The notes: generated from the sequence alone by a model not told the origin. Positions 1-9,244 are shown, numbered from the stretch's first letter. The stretch: 64,000 nt of DNA from Terriglobia bacterium (GCA_963695545.1 OY968796.1:1088001-1152000), one strand, 5' to 3'. Numbers and translations are program-made.

Positions 1-990
1 CAAAAAGTGCTCGACGCGCCCGTCGGAATCGTCACCGAAGCCTACGGCGCGAGCACCGCCGAATCGTGGATCCGCCGAGACGCCATCGCTTCCGATCCCT
101 TGCTCAGGCCCATGCTCGAAAAGTTCGACGCGCTCGAGGAGTTCTATCGCGACAATCCAAATGCCACCACCGCTCAAGCGCCGCCCGCGCCGCAAACCCT
201 CAACGCTCGCCCCGGCGCTCCGGGGCCTTTGCGCGATCCCGTCCAGGACCAGCATGAGCCCACGGTTCTGTTCAACGGCATGATTAATCCTGTAATCCCG
301 TACGCGATTCGCGGCGTGATTTGGTATCAGGGCGAATCCATCGTCGGCGGCGAATCCGGTGTCACGCTCTATGCGCACGTCATGGATACGCTGGTCACGG
401 ACTGGCGCAAACTTTGGGGCGAAGGTAATTTCCCGTTCTATGTTGTGCAGCTTGCCGCGCTCAAGAACGTCAGCAACAATCCCGTAGTGCGCGAAGCGCA
501 AGCGGCGGTTCTCTCGCTGCCGAACACGGGGATGGCCGTCACTATTGATATCGGCGATCCCGACAACGTCCATCCCAAAAATAAAGAACCGCTCGGCGAC
601 CGCCTCTCTCGCATCGCACTGGCCAAAACCTACGGCCGCGAGATTGAATATTCCGGCCCCGTCTACGAATCAATGACCGTGGAAGCCAACGCCATCCGCG
701 TTAAATTTTCCCACGTGGACGGCGGCCTGGTCGCCAAAGATGGACCGCTGAAGTGGTTTCAAATTGCCGGCGCCGATCAGAAATTCGTGGACGCCGAAGC
801 CACCATCGACGGCGACACCGTCGTCGTGCACAGCCCCGAAGTCACCGCCCCCGTCGCCGTTCGCTACGCGTGGGACAATTACCCCGAAGGCTGCAACCTC
901 TACAACGCCGCCGGCCTGCCCGCCGCGCCGTTCCGCAGCGATCAGTGGGACGCCCTCAGCAAAATCGCCCAGGAATTCACAGGCAAATAA
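1..990 (+). CDS. Sialate O-acetylesterase (SASA/SGNH family), 5'-truncated by window edge
   Basis: Motifs IRGVIWYQGES, VREAQ, DNVHPKNK and VAVRYAW...NLYNAAGLPAAPFRSD; frame open from position 1. Confidence 0.85.
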   Translation, partial: QKVLDAPVGIVTEAYGASTAESWIRRDAIASDPLLRPMLEKFDALEEFYRDNPNATTAQAPPAPQTLNARPGAPGPLRDPVQDQHEPTVLFNGMINPVIPYAIRGVIWYQGESIVGGESGVTLYAHVMDTLVTDWRKLWGEGNFPFYVVQLAALKNVSNNPVVREAQAAVLSLPNTGMAVTIDIGDPDNVHPKNKEPLGDRLSRIALAKTYGREIEYSGPVYESMTVEANAIRVKFSHVDGGLVAKDGPLKWFQIAGADQKFVDAEATIDGDTVVVHSPEVTAPVAVRYAWDNYPEGCNLYNAAGLPAAPFRSDQWDALSKIAQEFTGK

Positions 991-1102
991 CGTCTCGGCC
1001 CAGCTAAGACGCCAGTGTAGACCAGCGCATCACCCAAAAAATCGCGGCTAGCGCCCCCTCCTCGACGCCGCGAATCCGCGGGTCTCACTCGCTTGGGATG
1101 TG

Positions 1103-1137
1103 ACTGCGCGCCGGCGCCGTTCGCACCGGCGCGCAGT
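1103..1137. terminator. GC-rich hairpin between convergent genes
   Basis: ACTGCGCGCCGG-N11-CCGGCGCGCAGT, perfect 12-bp arms; no clear U tract. Confidence 0.5.
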
Positions 1138-1146
1138 TCCTCCAGC

Positions 1147-1437
1147 CTAAGCGTGTCGCCCTGGAAAAGTTTGCGCGGTGCTCAGATCCAGCAGCGTGTT
1201 GTAAAGCCAGCCAAACAGAAAGCCGGCAATCGCTCCGTCGATTAGTCCGTCAAATGCGCCAATCGCCACAGTGACGATCTTGTCCGGCGAATGAAACAAC
1301 GGATACACCGAGCCGATCATGGTGAGAAAATACGTTCCGTACGTCGGCCTCGCGAGATTGATTAGACCGACGAGCAGAATCGCCCCGCCCCATAAAAGCG
1401 CCGCGGCAATTGTGGTGCTCTTGATTGAGAGTCGCAT
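1147..1437 (-). CDS. Small conserved-type membrane protein
   Basis: 96 aa with hydrophobic helices; AAGGAG SD upstream. Confidence 0.75.
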   Translation of the reverse strand: MRLSIKSTTIAAALLWGGAILLVGLINLARPTYGTYFLTMIGSVYPLFHSPDKIVTVAIGAFDGLIDGAIAGFLFGWLYNTLLDLSTAQTFPGRHA

Positions 1438-1504
1438 ATCAATTTTCTCCTTTCATGCGATGCTGTTGATCTTGAACATTTCGCCCAAAATTGCGCTCAT
1501 CGGG

Positions 1505-3271
1505 TCAGTTGCCCGAGCCCGAATTGCGCATTTGCGCCGTCTCGCTGCTGTGCGTCTTTGACGCGGATTCGACCGCATGCAAGCTTGGTGTGGGCCGCTC
1601 CCAAAGTATGCGTGCCGCGGGCGCGTCGTTTGGATACGCCTCGGCCGATGCATCTCCCGCCGGCTCGAGAACAATGTCGACCCTGCGGTTGTACGCGAGC
1701 CACGTTGCCTTCTTGTGGTCCATCATCCATTTTTGAGGTGACTGCGGGTCGCGCGACTGGATTCCCATCACTTGAACTTCCGTGAGTTGATCCTTTTTGC
1801 CGTCGGCGCGGATCTCAATCTTGTCCGCCGGCACACCTTGCGACACCAGATATTTTTTCACGAGCTGCGCTCGCCTTTCGCTCAGCCCCAGATTGAATTT
1901 TGCGGACCCGCGCACGTCGGCGTGTCCCACGACCATCAACATGTTCTGCGTGTCATATTTGTCGTTGTTCATGAAAGTTTGTGCAGCTTTCGCGAGCTCC
2001 CGCTCCTGGCTGGGCAGCAGGCCTACGCTCGAATGCCGCCGCTCGGGATATTTTGTGGGATAAAAAATACTCGCCAGCGTCACCGGCGGGGGAGGCTCGA
2101 TCGAGCCGACGATGTGCAAAGTTGCCGTTTTGGTGGTTGTTCCGCCGCAGGCGTTGGCCACATGCAGCGTATACGCCACGTCTTGATTGACGGGACCCGT
2201 GCTCGCTTGCGTGGGCGTCGCTTCAATCGACATGCTGCCGTCGGCCGCGACGCTGCCCAACGGCGTGATCGTGACCGTGCTCCCATCGGCCGTCGACCAG
2301 GTCAAGGTCGCGGCGTCCTGCTCCACGACTTTATCGCCGATCTTGCGGTAGGTAACTTCCGGCTGGCTGAACGCTATCGTGGCCGTCGGCTGCGCGTTCA
2401 CGCCGATCGTCGCGCTCCGTTCCACTTCGCCCCCGGGACCTTTCGCCAGCAGTTCGTAGGTGGTCGTTTGTTTTGGCGTCACCGTCTGATCGCCGCTCAC
2501 CGGTACGTTCCCGATGTTGCCTATCGACGTATCCGCCGCATCGGTGGCGTGCCAGTTCAACGTGGCCGATTGCCCGCAGCTCGCTTGGGTCTGCGACGCG
2601 GAAAGTTCCGCCGAAGGCGGCGCGACCGGAATCATCGTGCTGGCTATCCCTGCTTCGAAGCGCGGCTGCGGCCCTAGCGTAAGACCTCGCTTAAAGTTCC
2701 GCGACTCGATCTTGCCGTCGTGGTTGAGAAACACAATTTGGCGTTGCCCGGCCTTCACGTCCACCGGTCCTGACCAGATCGTTTGCCCCTTCTGCCTTAC
2801 CGTCACTTGATAGGTGCCCGGCCTTACCAGCAGCCATTGATGCCACAACCAGTTGTTATCGAACTCATCGACATGGCCCACGAAGTAGGCCGGAGTAGTG
2901 CCGTTCAGAAAGACGGCGCCTTGCGGATGTCCCTTCAATTCGATGTCGCCGAATGGCCCGCTCACTTTGTCGCCGGTCCTATTCAGGGCGACGCTGAGGT
3001 CGGTCGTTTTTCCGGCAACCACGCTTACCGTTTGAGTGTTCGGCGCATAACCATAGTTGTAAACTCCGATAGTGTGTTGGCCCGGACTCAGCTCGATCGT
3101 TTGATTTCCGAAACGATTGGCCTCCCCATCTACGAATACATAGGCTTGCTTTGGATCAACGTGCACTTTCAGTTTTCCCGTATTTGTGGATGACTGCGTG
3201 AATGCGGGCAATGCACATAAACAACTCACAGCCGACACAGCGAGGGCAAGAATTACGGATTTCGTTCGCAT
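1505..3271 (-). CDS. Secreted PEGA-domain / Ig-like repeat protein with C-terminal OmpA-like domain
   Basis: Signal peptide MRTKSVILALAV; PEGA-like GKLKVHVDPKQAYVFVDG; OmpA motifs VVGHADVRGSAKFNLGLSERRA and NRRVDI. Alternative start 3313. Confidence 0.8.
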   Translation of the reverse strand: MRTKSVILALAVSAVSCLCALPAFTQSSTNTGKLKVHVDPKQAYVFVDGEANRFGNQTIELSPGQHTIGVYNYGYAPNTQTVSVVAGKTTDLSVALNRTGDKVSGPFGDIELKGHPQGAVFLNGTTPAYFVGHVDEFDNNWLWHQWLLVRPGTYQVTVRQKGQTIWSGPVDVKAGQRQIVFLNHDGKIESRNFKRGLTLGPQPRFEAGIASTMIPVAPPSAELSASQTQASCGQSATLNWHATDAADTSIGNIGNVPVSGDQTVTPKQTTTYELLAKGPGGEVERSATIGVNAQPTATIAFSQPEVTYRKIGDKVVEQDAATLTWSTADGSTVTITPLGSVAADGSMSIEATPTQASTGPVNQDVAYTLHVANACGGTTTKTATLHIVGSIEPPPPVTLASIFYPTKYPERRHSSVGLLPSQERELAKAAQTFMNNDKYDTQNMLMVVGHADVRGSAKFNLGLSERRAQLVKKYLVSQGVPADKIEIRADGKKDQLTEVQVMGIQSRDPQSPQKWMMDHKKATWLAYNRRVDIVLEPAGDASAEAYPNDAPAARILWERPTPSLHAVESASKTHSSETAQMRNSGSGN

Positions 3272-3435
3272 TTCGGGATTGATCCTTTCTGGCAATGATT
3301 CCGGCTTGGGCATAAACCATCTCTTTAGAAGTTTTGTTGCGAAGCTGCGGCAAACACTTTATTGGGCCCGCTTCATTTCGCCTCCGTTGACCGCTGGCGG
3401 CCACCCCAGCCAGGAGGCGTAGTCCACAGTTTCAT

Positions 3436-3497
3436 TATATCGTGATGCGATATACTTGTGAAGTGTTGCATGGCGGCATATATCGTAGTACGATAGA
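3436..3497. promoter_or_regulatory. Two palindromic operator-like sites TATATCG-N5-CGATA(T/G)A
   Basis: TATATCGTGATGCGATATA (3436-3454) and TATATCGTAGTACGATAGA (3479-3497), upstream of the OmpA-domain gene. Confidence 0.6.
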
Positions 3498-3734
3498 TCG
3501 CAATTCACGGGTGGGCCAGCCGCCGCCTCGCGCGTTTCCTCCATCGGCGGCATGATCGAGCGCTGGCCCACCAACCCAAAATGCCGCGGGCCGTAACTTC
3601 GCGCTCGCGCCGCCTCTCGCTAGTCCGCGCTGCATGATTCGCTGTATGTGCCGTTATTGCGGGTCGCGCTGTCCCGCGCCGAACACCCGATGGCCGGGTG
3701 CGGTCCGCACGCCAAGTGCGATTTGTACCCTAAA

Positions 3735-4067
3735 TTACAGGCTTCCTTTGAACGCGAATGCCACCGCAGCCAGGATGCATACGAAGCTCGCTACGTAATT
3801 CCACTTCGGCGGGGCGCCCAGATAAAAGTACGCAAATACCGCGAACACGGTGAGCGTGATCACTTCCTGGATGATCTTCAGTTGGTACGCGGTGAACTCA
3901 CCATAGCCCCAGCGATTTGCCGGAACCTGAAAACAATACTCGCCGAGCGCAATCATCCAACTGAACACAATCGCCTTGTACAGAGGCACGCTCGGATATT
4001 TTAAATGCCCGTACCACGCGAAGGTCATGAACGTATTTGAAACGCACAGCAGGAGAATTGTTCGCAT
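3735..4067 (-). CDS. DMT-family small membrane protein (DUF486)
   Basis: SNTFMTFAWYGHLK, EYCFQVPANR and QLKIIQEVITL signatures. Confidence 0.9.
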   Translation of the reverse strand: MRTILLLCVSNTFMTFAWYGHLKYPSVPLYKAIVFSWMIALGEYCFQVPANRWGYGEFTAYQLKIIQEVITLTVFAVFAYFYLGAPPKWNYVASFVCILAAVAFAFKGSL

Positions 4068-4250
4068 CGTGCCCCCTTAGCATCGGCGCCACTGGACGCT
4101 TAAATCCTAACGCAGGAGGGTCCAAGGCGGCAGTTTCAACATGCTAAAATCGACGCGCTTATTTCGGACCAAGAACTATTTGCGAAATCGTTGGCGCGTA
4201 TCGCGTCTCGAAAACAGCACAACTCATTAGAAAGGCAAGGTCCCACGGAC

Positions 4251-5831
4251 ATGACGGAACGAAACGAACGGGCAATTCGCGGCGATCAGCTCGCAATTCT
4301 GACGGCGCTTCTTGTGATGGCGCTGCTCGCGTTCGCGCCGCGGGCGCGCGCGCAATTCGGGCCCCCGAATAACGGCACGTCGCAGCCGGTGGCCACTCAG
4401 CTTCCGCTGTCCGGCCGGACTGGACAATCCGGGTCAGTTGCCACAGCGGATCAGTCCGTGCCCGGAACCACGACCAGCGTCGACACGCTGAACCCCACGG
4501 TGCAAGTGTCCGGCCCCTACACCGGCAGCGCCAGCAGCGCGGCGAAGATGCCGTTCTCCGGCAAGCTATCGCTGCGCGAAGCCATTGCGCGCGGGCTCGC
4601 TTACAATCTCGGCGCCGTTGGCGTAACCCAAGCCGTGCGCCAGGCCGAAGGCCAAAGCCGCGTGGCCCGCAGCACCCTAATGCCGAACGTGAGTGGCGAC
4701 ATCGCCGAGACGTTCGAGACCGAGAATTTAGCCGCGCTCGGCATTCGCATCAACGTTCCGATTTCCGGCTTCACGTTTCCGACGCTTGTGGGTCCGTTCA
4801 ATTACATGGACGTGCGCGCGCGATTGTCGCAGACCGTCGCGAACATGACGGATCTGAATAATTATCGCGCGGCCAAAGAGACCGCAATCGCCGATCAGCT
4901 TTCGGCCGACGACGCGCGCGATCTCGTGGTCCTCGCCGTCAGCGGCGAATATCTCGAAGTGATCGCCGCTCAGGCTCGCGTGCAATCCGCGCAAGCGCAA
5001 CTCGAAACCGCCAACGCCGTCTTCGGCCAAACGCAACAACAATTTCAATTCGGAAAAGTCGCGCAGGTCGACGTCAATCGCAGCCAGGTGGAAGTGTTGA
5101 CCGAGCAGCAGCGCCTGCTCTCGCTCCAGAACGATTTGTCGAAGCAAAAGATCAATCTCGCGCGGCTCACCGGCCTGCCCCCCACCGATCAGTACGAACT
5201 CACCGACGACGTTCCCTATTCCCCCGCGCCGCCGATCACGGTGGACGATGCGTTGAAGCAGGCGTTCGACAATCGTCCGGATCTAAAAGCCGCGGAAGCG
5301 CAGGTCCGCGCAGCGGAGCTTGCCAAGTCCGCCGCGCGCGATGAGCGCCTTCCCTCGCTCGCCGTGAGCGCGGATTTCGGAGCGATCGGCACCAACCCGG
5401 GCGATGCCCGCGCCACTTACACCGTCAGCGGCACGCTCACGGTTCCGATCTGGCAAGGCGGCCGCGCCGGCGGCGACGTCGAAGAAGCCGACGCCGCGTT
5501 GGAACAGCGGCGCGCGGAACTCGACGACGAACACAACCAGATCGAGAGCCAAGTGCGCGAAGCGTATCTCGACGTCGAAGCCGCGGCGAGCCAGGTGGAA
5601 CTGGCCGACAAGAACCGCCAGGTGATCGAGGAGACGCTTGGTGAAACGCGCCTGCGATTGGGCGCCGGCGTCAGCGACAATGTCGAGCTGGTGCAATCGC
5701 AAGAATCGCTGGCCGGCGCGGATCTCGATTACATCGACAGCGTGTTCGCGCACAACGTGGCCAAGCTCAGCCTGGCGCGCGCGATCGGCGGCGCGGCGGA
5801 GAGCCTGCCACAATTCCTGAAAATGCAGTAA
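4251..5831 (+). CDS. TolC-family outer membrane efflux protein
   Basis: Signal peptide; LSLREAIARGLAYN; two OEP-like helical repeats; LTVPIWQGG. ORF track start is 4191. Confidence 0.85.
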   Translation: MTERNERAIRGDQLAILTALLVMALLAFAPRARAQFGPPNNGTSQPVATQLPLSGRTGQSGSVATADQSVPGTTTSVDTLNPTVQVSGPYTGSASSAAKMPFSGKLSLREAIARGLAYNLGAVGVTQAVRQAEGQSRVARSTLMPNVSGDIAETFETENLAALGIRINVPISGFTFPTLVGPFNYMDVRARLSQTVANMTDLNNYRAAKETAIADQLSADDARDLVVLAVSGEYLEVIAAQARVQSAQAQLETANAVFGQTQQQFQFGKVAQVDVNRSQVEVLTEQQRLLSLQNDLSKQKINLARLTGLPPTDQYELTDDVPYSPAPPITVDDALKQAFDNRPDLKAAEAQVRAAELAKSAARDERLPSLAVSADFGAIGTNPGDARATYTVSGTLTVPIWQGGRAGGDVEEADAALEQRRAELDDEHNQIESQVREAYLDVEAAASQVELADKNRQVIEETLGETRLRLGAGVSDNVELVQSQESLAGADLDYIDSVFAHNVAKLSLARAIGGAAESLPQFLKMQ

Positions 5832-5842
5832 CGAGCGCCGCG

Positions 5843-6226
5843 CTATTTATCAGGTTTCTTGCGATCGACTTTGAGCTCGAGATTCACGCTCGTGCGCGAA
5901 TCGAAGCTCGAGATGGTGTGCGTCGAGGAAGTCATTCCCTCACGTTCGGCGTAAATCTGGTAATCGACGTTCGGATCAAGGCCGCTGTAATTGTAGTTGC
6001 CTTGATCGTCCGAGATATGACTCTGCACGCTCTTCGTGCTCATATTCTCGAGGTAAATGATGGCCTCCGCGATGGGGTTTTCGTCCTTATCCACCACCTG
6101 CCCGGCGACGGTGCGCAACTGCGGCCCCTTATTCTTGCCCTTGCCCTGGTCCTGGTCCTGCGCGAGAGCGCAGCCGGCAGCCAGCAACACGCAAATAAAA
6201 ATCGCAGCCGCGCGCGCCTTCATCAC
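5843..6226 (-). CDS. Secreted carboxypeptidase-regulatory-like domain protein
   Basis: Signal peptide; TVAGQVVDKDENPIAEAII...SDDQGNYNYSGL pattern. Confidence 0.8.
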   Translation of the reverse strand: MMKARAAAIFICVLLAAGCALAQDQDQGKGKNKGPQLRTVAGQVVDKDENPIAEAIIYLENMSTKSVQSHISDDQGNYNYSGLDPNVDYQIYAEREGMTSSTHTISSFDSRTSVNLELKVDRKKPDK

Positions 6227-6618
6227 GATTTGCCTCCTCCGACTGGTACCAAGTGCAGCGACAAATCCGCGCGGTCATCTTGCGTGGTGTCGATGTCTTG
6301 CGTCAGCACCTGGTAGCCTTTGGCATCCACGCGCAAGGTGTAGTGCGCGCCCTGCGGAACGTGCAGCGCAAATTCGCCTTCGTCGTCCGAAGCCGTTTCC
6401 CAGCGCCACTTCTTCTCGCCGGCCACGCTCATGCGCACGCGCGCATTCGCGACGGTGAAACCTTGATCGTTGAATATCGTCGCGTGAACCAGGAAATCCG
6501 GTTGGCGCGTTTTCTGCGCAGTGCCCGCGGCGGAAACCGCTACTGCGGCGGCGCAAATCGAAAGCAGTATCACAACGAGACCTGCGCGGAAAATATTCCC
6601 GGACTGCGCGGAGCGCAT
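6223..6618 (-). CDS. Secreted carboxypeptidase-regulatory-like domain protein
   Basis: ASDDEGEFALHVP...YTLRVDAKGYQ pattern; overlaps the next gene (4 bp). Start uncertain. Confidence 0.75.
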   Translation of the reverse strand: MRSAQSGNIFRAGLVVILLSICAAAVAVSAAGTAQKTRQPDFLVHATIFNDQGFTVANARVRMSVAGEKKWRWETASDDEGEFALHVPQGAHYTLRVDAKGYQVLTQDIDTTQDDRADLSLHLVPVGGGKS

Positions 6619-6692
6619 TGCTTCAAACGATTTGACCGGGCTACATCCCAAGGAGATTCTGGCCCTCGATTGCTTTCGACGACGCCTCCGTT

Positions 6693-6941
6693 TCACTCCT
6701 CGTCGTCGTCCTCATCATCGTCATCGTCGTCAGCTTCCAGATCGTCTTCGGGGCCTTTTGCGGGCTCCGGCTCGTCGTCATCGTCGTCGTCATCGTCGTC
6801 GGAAATCACATTCACGTGGACGGGCCGCTTCTGGACGACTTCGAGATCCGTCTCACACTCCAGGCAGGTCAGGATCTCGCCCTCTTCGACCTCGTCCTCG
6901 TCGACATCAACTTCAGCGCCGCATTTCGGACATCGAACCAC
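6693..6941 (-). CDS. LysW-like zinc-ribbon protein with poly-acidic tail
   Basis: GTG start after AAGGAG; CPKC...GEILTCLEC..DLEV followed by Asp/Glu runs. Confidence 0.75.
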   Translation of the reverse strand: MVRCPKCGAEVDVDEDEVEEGEILTCLECETDLEVVQKRPVHVNVISDDDDDDDDDEPEPAKGPEDDLEADDDDDDEDDDEE

Positions 6942-7001
6942 GGTGAGGATCTCCTTCCGAAGGGCTGCTGCCGAGCCACTTCGGCGTATTATATACCGCC
7001 G

Positions 7002-7637
7002 ATGGTAAGCGCGCGACGAACCGAAATCAAGAATCGACGCGAATTCCCAACCCTCCCCGTCGTTGGCGTGGGCGGCGTGGTGATTGACGGCGACACCGCT
7101 CTTCTGATCCGCCGCGGCCACGAACCGCTGAAGAATCAGTGGTCCATTCCCGGCGGCGCGCTCGAACTGGGCGAAACCATTCGCGCCGGGCTCGCGCGCG
7201 AGATGCTCGAAGAAACCGGCTTGATCGTGCGCGTCGGCGAACTGATCGAAGTGTTCGAGCGCATCATCTTGGATGATGGGCCGGACCGCGCGGAGCGCAC
7301 TGCTTCAGCCGATTCAGACCCGAACGCGAAGCCCGATCCAAAATCCGCTTCCGTGCGCGAATCTCAATTGAAGTCGCGGCCGAAGCGCAAGCCGCGCGCG
7401 AAATCGAAACCGGATCGCGCCACGGATCACAGCAATAACGCCGATCGCCCGCGCTACCACTTCGTGATCCTCGACTATCTCTGCGAGCCCATCGGCGGCT
7501 CGCTGCGCGCCGGCAGCGACGTCACGGACGCCCGCTTCGTCCGCCGGCAAGATTTGCCGACGTACGGCCTAACCGAAACCGCCTCCCGCGTTCTGCGTAC
7601 GGCTTTCGAGATGGCGCGCGCACGAGCGAAGAGCTAA
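7002..7637 (+). CDS. NUDIX hydrolase with basic insertion
   Basis: Nudix box GGALELGETIRAGLAREMLEETGL; YHFVILDYLC. Confidence 0.9.
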   Translation: MVSARRTEIKNRREFPTLPVVGVGGVVIDGDTALLIRRGHEPLKNQWSIPGGALELGETIRAGLAREMLEETGLIVRVGELIEVFERIILDDGPDRAERTASADSDPNAKPDPKSASVRESQLKSRPKRKPRAKSKPDRATDHSNNADRPRYHFVILDYLCEPIGGSLRAGSDVTDARFVRRQDLPTYGLTETASRVLRTAFEMARARAKS

Positions 7638-7683
7638 CGCGCGTCGTTCTGTTACGCTCCGCGGTGCGGCCGCCGCCGAGCCG

Positions 7684-8358
7684 TCACCAACCGTACTCGC
7701 CGACCAGCGGCACGAATCGGCAATAATAAAGCGCCACCGACCGCAATTCCCCGGCGACTTTCCGCCCACACATCAACTGCTGTTCATTTGTGCCGCCGAC
7801 CGGCACGATGATCCTGCCGCCCTCGGCCAATTGCTCGATCAGAGGTGGCGGAATCTCCGGCGCCGCGGCCGCCACCAGAATCGCGTCAAACGGCGCAAGG
7901 TCCGGCAATCCCAAAGTGCCATCGCCCGCGTGCACGTGAACGTTGTCGTAGCCGCCGAGCCGCGCCAGTCGCTCGCGCGCGGCAAGCGCCAAGCCCGCGC
8001 GGCTCTCGATCGTGTAAACCTCGCGCGCCAATCGCCCGAGCACCGCCGCCTGATAACCAGACCCCGTGCCCACTTCCAGGACGCGCTCGCAGCCCATGAG
8101 TTCGAGCGCCTCACTCATCGAAGCCACCATGTACGGTTGTGAGATTGTCTGCCCTTCCCCAATCGGCAGCGGCGCGTCGTCATAAGCCCGGGCCCAATAT
8201 TGTTCGGTCACAAATTCGTGCCGCGGCACAACCAGCATCGCCTCCAGCACCCGCTCGGACCGAATTTTCCGCCCGCGTAGTTGCCGACTGACCATTTCCT
8301 CGCGCTTTTCGCGCCGCGCCTCGGCCAGCGTTTCCGGTGTCTCGGGAAGATGATGCAT
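7684..8358 (-). CDS. pcm: Protein-L-isoaspartate O-methyltransferase
   Basis: VPRHEF, GQTISQPYMVA, VLEVGTGSGYQAA and APFDAILV motifs; TATAAT 6 nt before the ATG at 8358. Confidence 0.93.
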   Translation of the reverse strand: MHHLPETPETLAEARREKREEMVSRQLRGRKIRSERVLEAMLVVPRHEFVTEQYWARAYDDAPLPIGEGQTISQPYMVASMSEALELMGCERVLEVGTGSGYQAAVLGRLAREVYTIESRAGLALAARERLARLGGYDNVHVHAGDGTLGLPDLAPFDAILVAAAAPEIPPPLIEQLAEGGRIIVPVGGTNEQQLMCGRKVAGELRSVALYYCRFVPLVGEYGW

Positions 8359-8395
8359 CGAGCGATTATAGCTGCTCACGCTAGTTGACAATATG

Positions 8396-8734
8396 TACCC
8401 CCCCTCCCCCCGGGTGTTTTTTGGAAGTGTTGATTCTGAACGACTTTAAGTCCTTTGCGCCAGAACTGGTGATTCTAATGGGGTTAAAATGCCGTTTTTC
8501 AGAACTGGTCATTCTAAAAGAGTTGGGACGCGAAAATGGCAAAAATGGCCGAATTTGAGTCAAGGAAGCGCCGCGCGACGAGCATGGATGAGACGGGGAA
8601 TGCTCGCGCGGGCGATTTCGTGGGGCGGGGCAGGTTGCCGAAACATTCAGCCGCGAGGGTATGTGGCTGCGATTCATTCCTTATGATAGCATGATGGTAA
8701 TTTCTATGTCAATGTTATTCATCGGCTATTCGAA
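8396..8734 (-). repeat. Dispersed promoter-bearing element, copy A (candidate ncRNA or mobile-element end)
   Basis: Minus strand: TTCGAATA (8734-8727), TTGACA (8712-8707), 18 nt ending TGC, TATCAT, 5 nt, ATG 8677; three motifs at 39-bp period; ends ACCCGGGGGG. Same layout at 34.4 and 55.2 kb. Confidence 0.7.
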
Positions 8735-8815
8735 TGGCTGTGGAAATTATTTCGAATGGGACGGCTATGCCGAAAACATCCTTCACAAATCTCGCGCTTA
8801 AGGATGCGCTGCCGT

Positions 8816-9244
8816 TCAATCGACGCGGAGAGCCTGAGCTATCGCCGGCAAGGCGTCAGAGAAATCGCGGTAGCCGTGGGTACGCCTGCTTGTCAATTCA
8901 ATTTGCCACTTGAAGCAATCGTAGTGAATCCGCCGCTGCCACGCCTCCATGTTGGGGTATTCCTGGGCGACTGCGCGAGCCGTGTCGACGTAGGCGTCGA
9001 GCATTCCAAATTTCCCCCTGGCTCTACCGCGCAGCATTTTCTTATGCAAAACGCGCCCCCTAAACGTGCCAAGCGATTCCGAGGTGGCTTTACCGCCGCT
9101 AGTCGTTGGCGCCGTTATCCTATCCAGAGAAGGAATCGTGAGTTCCGGTTCAACGTGGGGTTGGGTCGACCGCAGCTCGTGACTGGCCCAAACTGTTTCA
9201 TTCGCGATTGCAGTGATCAGAAGAAGTGGCAAGGTGGCTTTCAT
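8816..9244 (-). CDS. Hypothetical protein
   Basis: 142-aa ATG ORF co-oriented with and just downstream of the XRE gene; no recognisable family. Confidence 0.4.
   Translation of the reverse strand: MKATLPLLLITAIANETVWASHELRSTQPHVEPELTIPSLDRITAPTTSGGKATSESLGTFRGRVLHKKMLRGRARGKFGMLDAYVDTARAVAQEYPNMEAWQRRIHYDCFKWQIELTSRRTHGYRDFSDALPAIAQALRVD

Noticed and set aside
6696..6800. TCG/TCA trinucleotide run as a non-coding microsatellite
   Set aside because: Explained as the poly-Asp codons of the LysW-like gene.
8424..8524. Mini-CRISPR
   Set aside because: Repeats are degenerate and spacers are only 16 nt; kept as a motif array instead.
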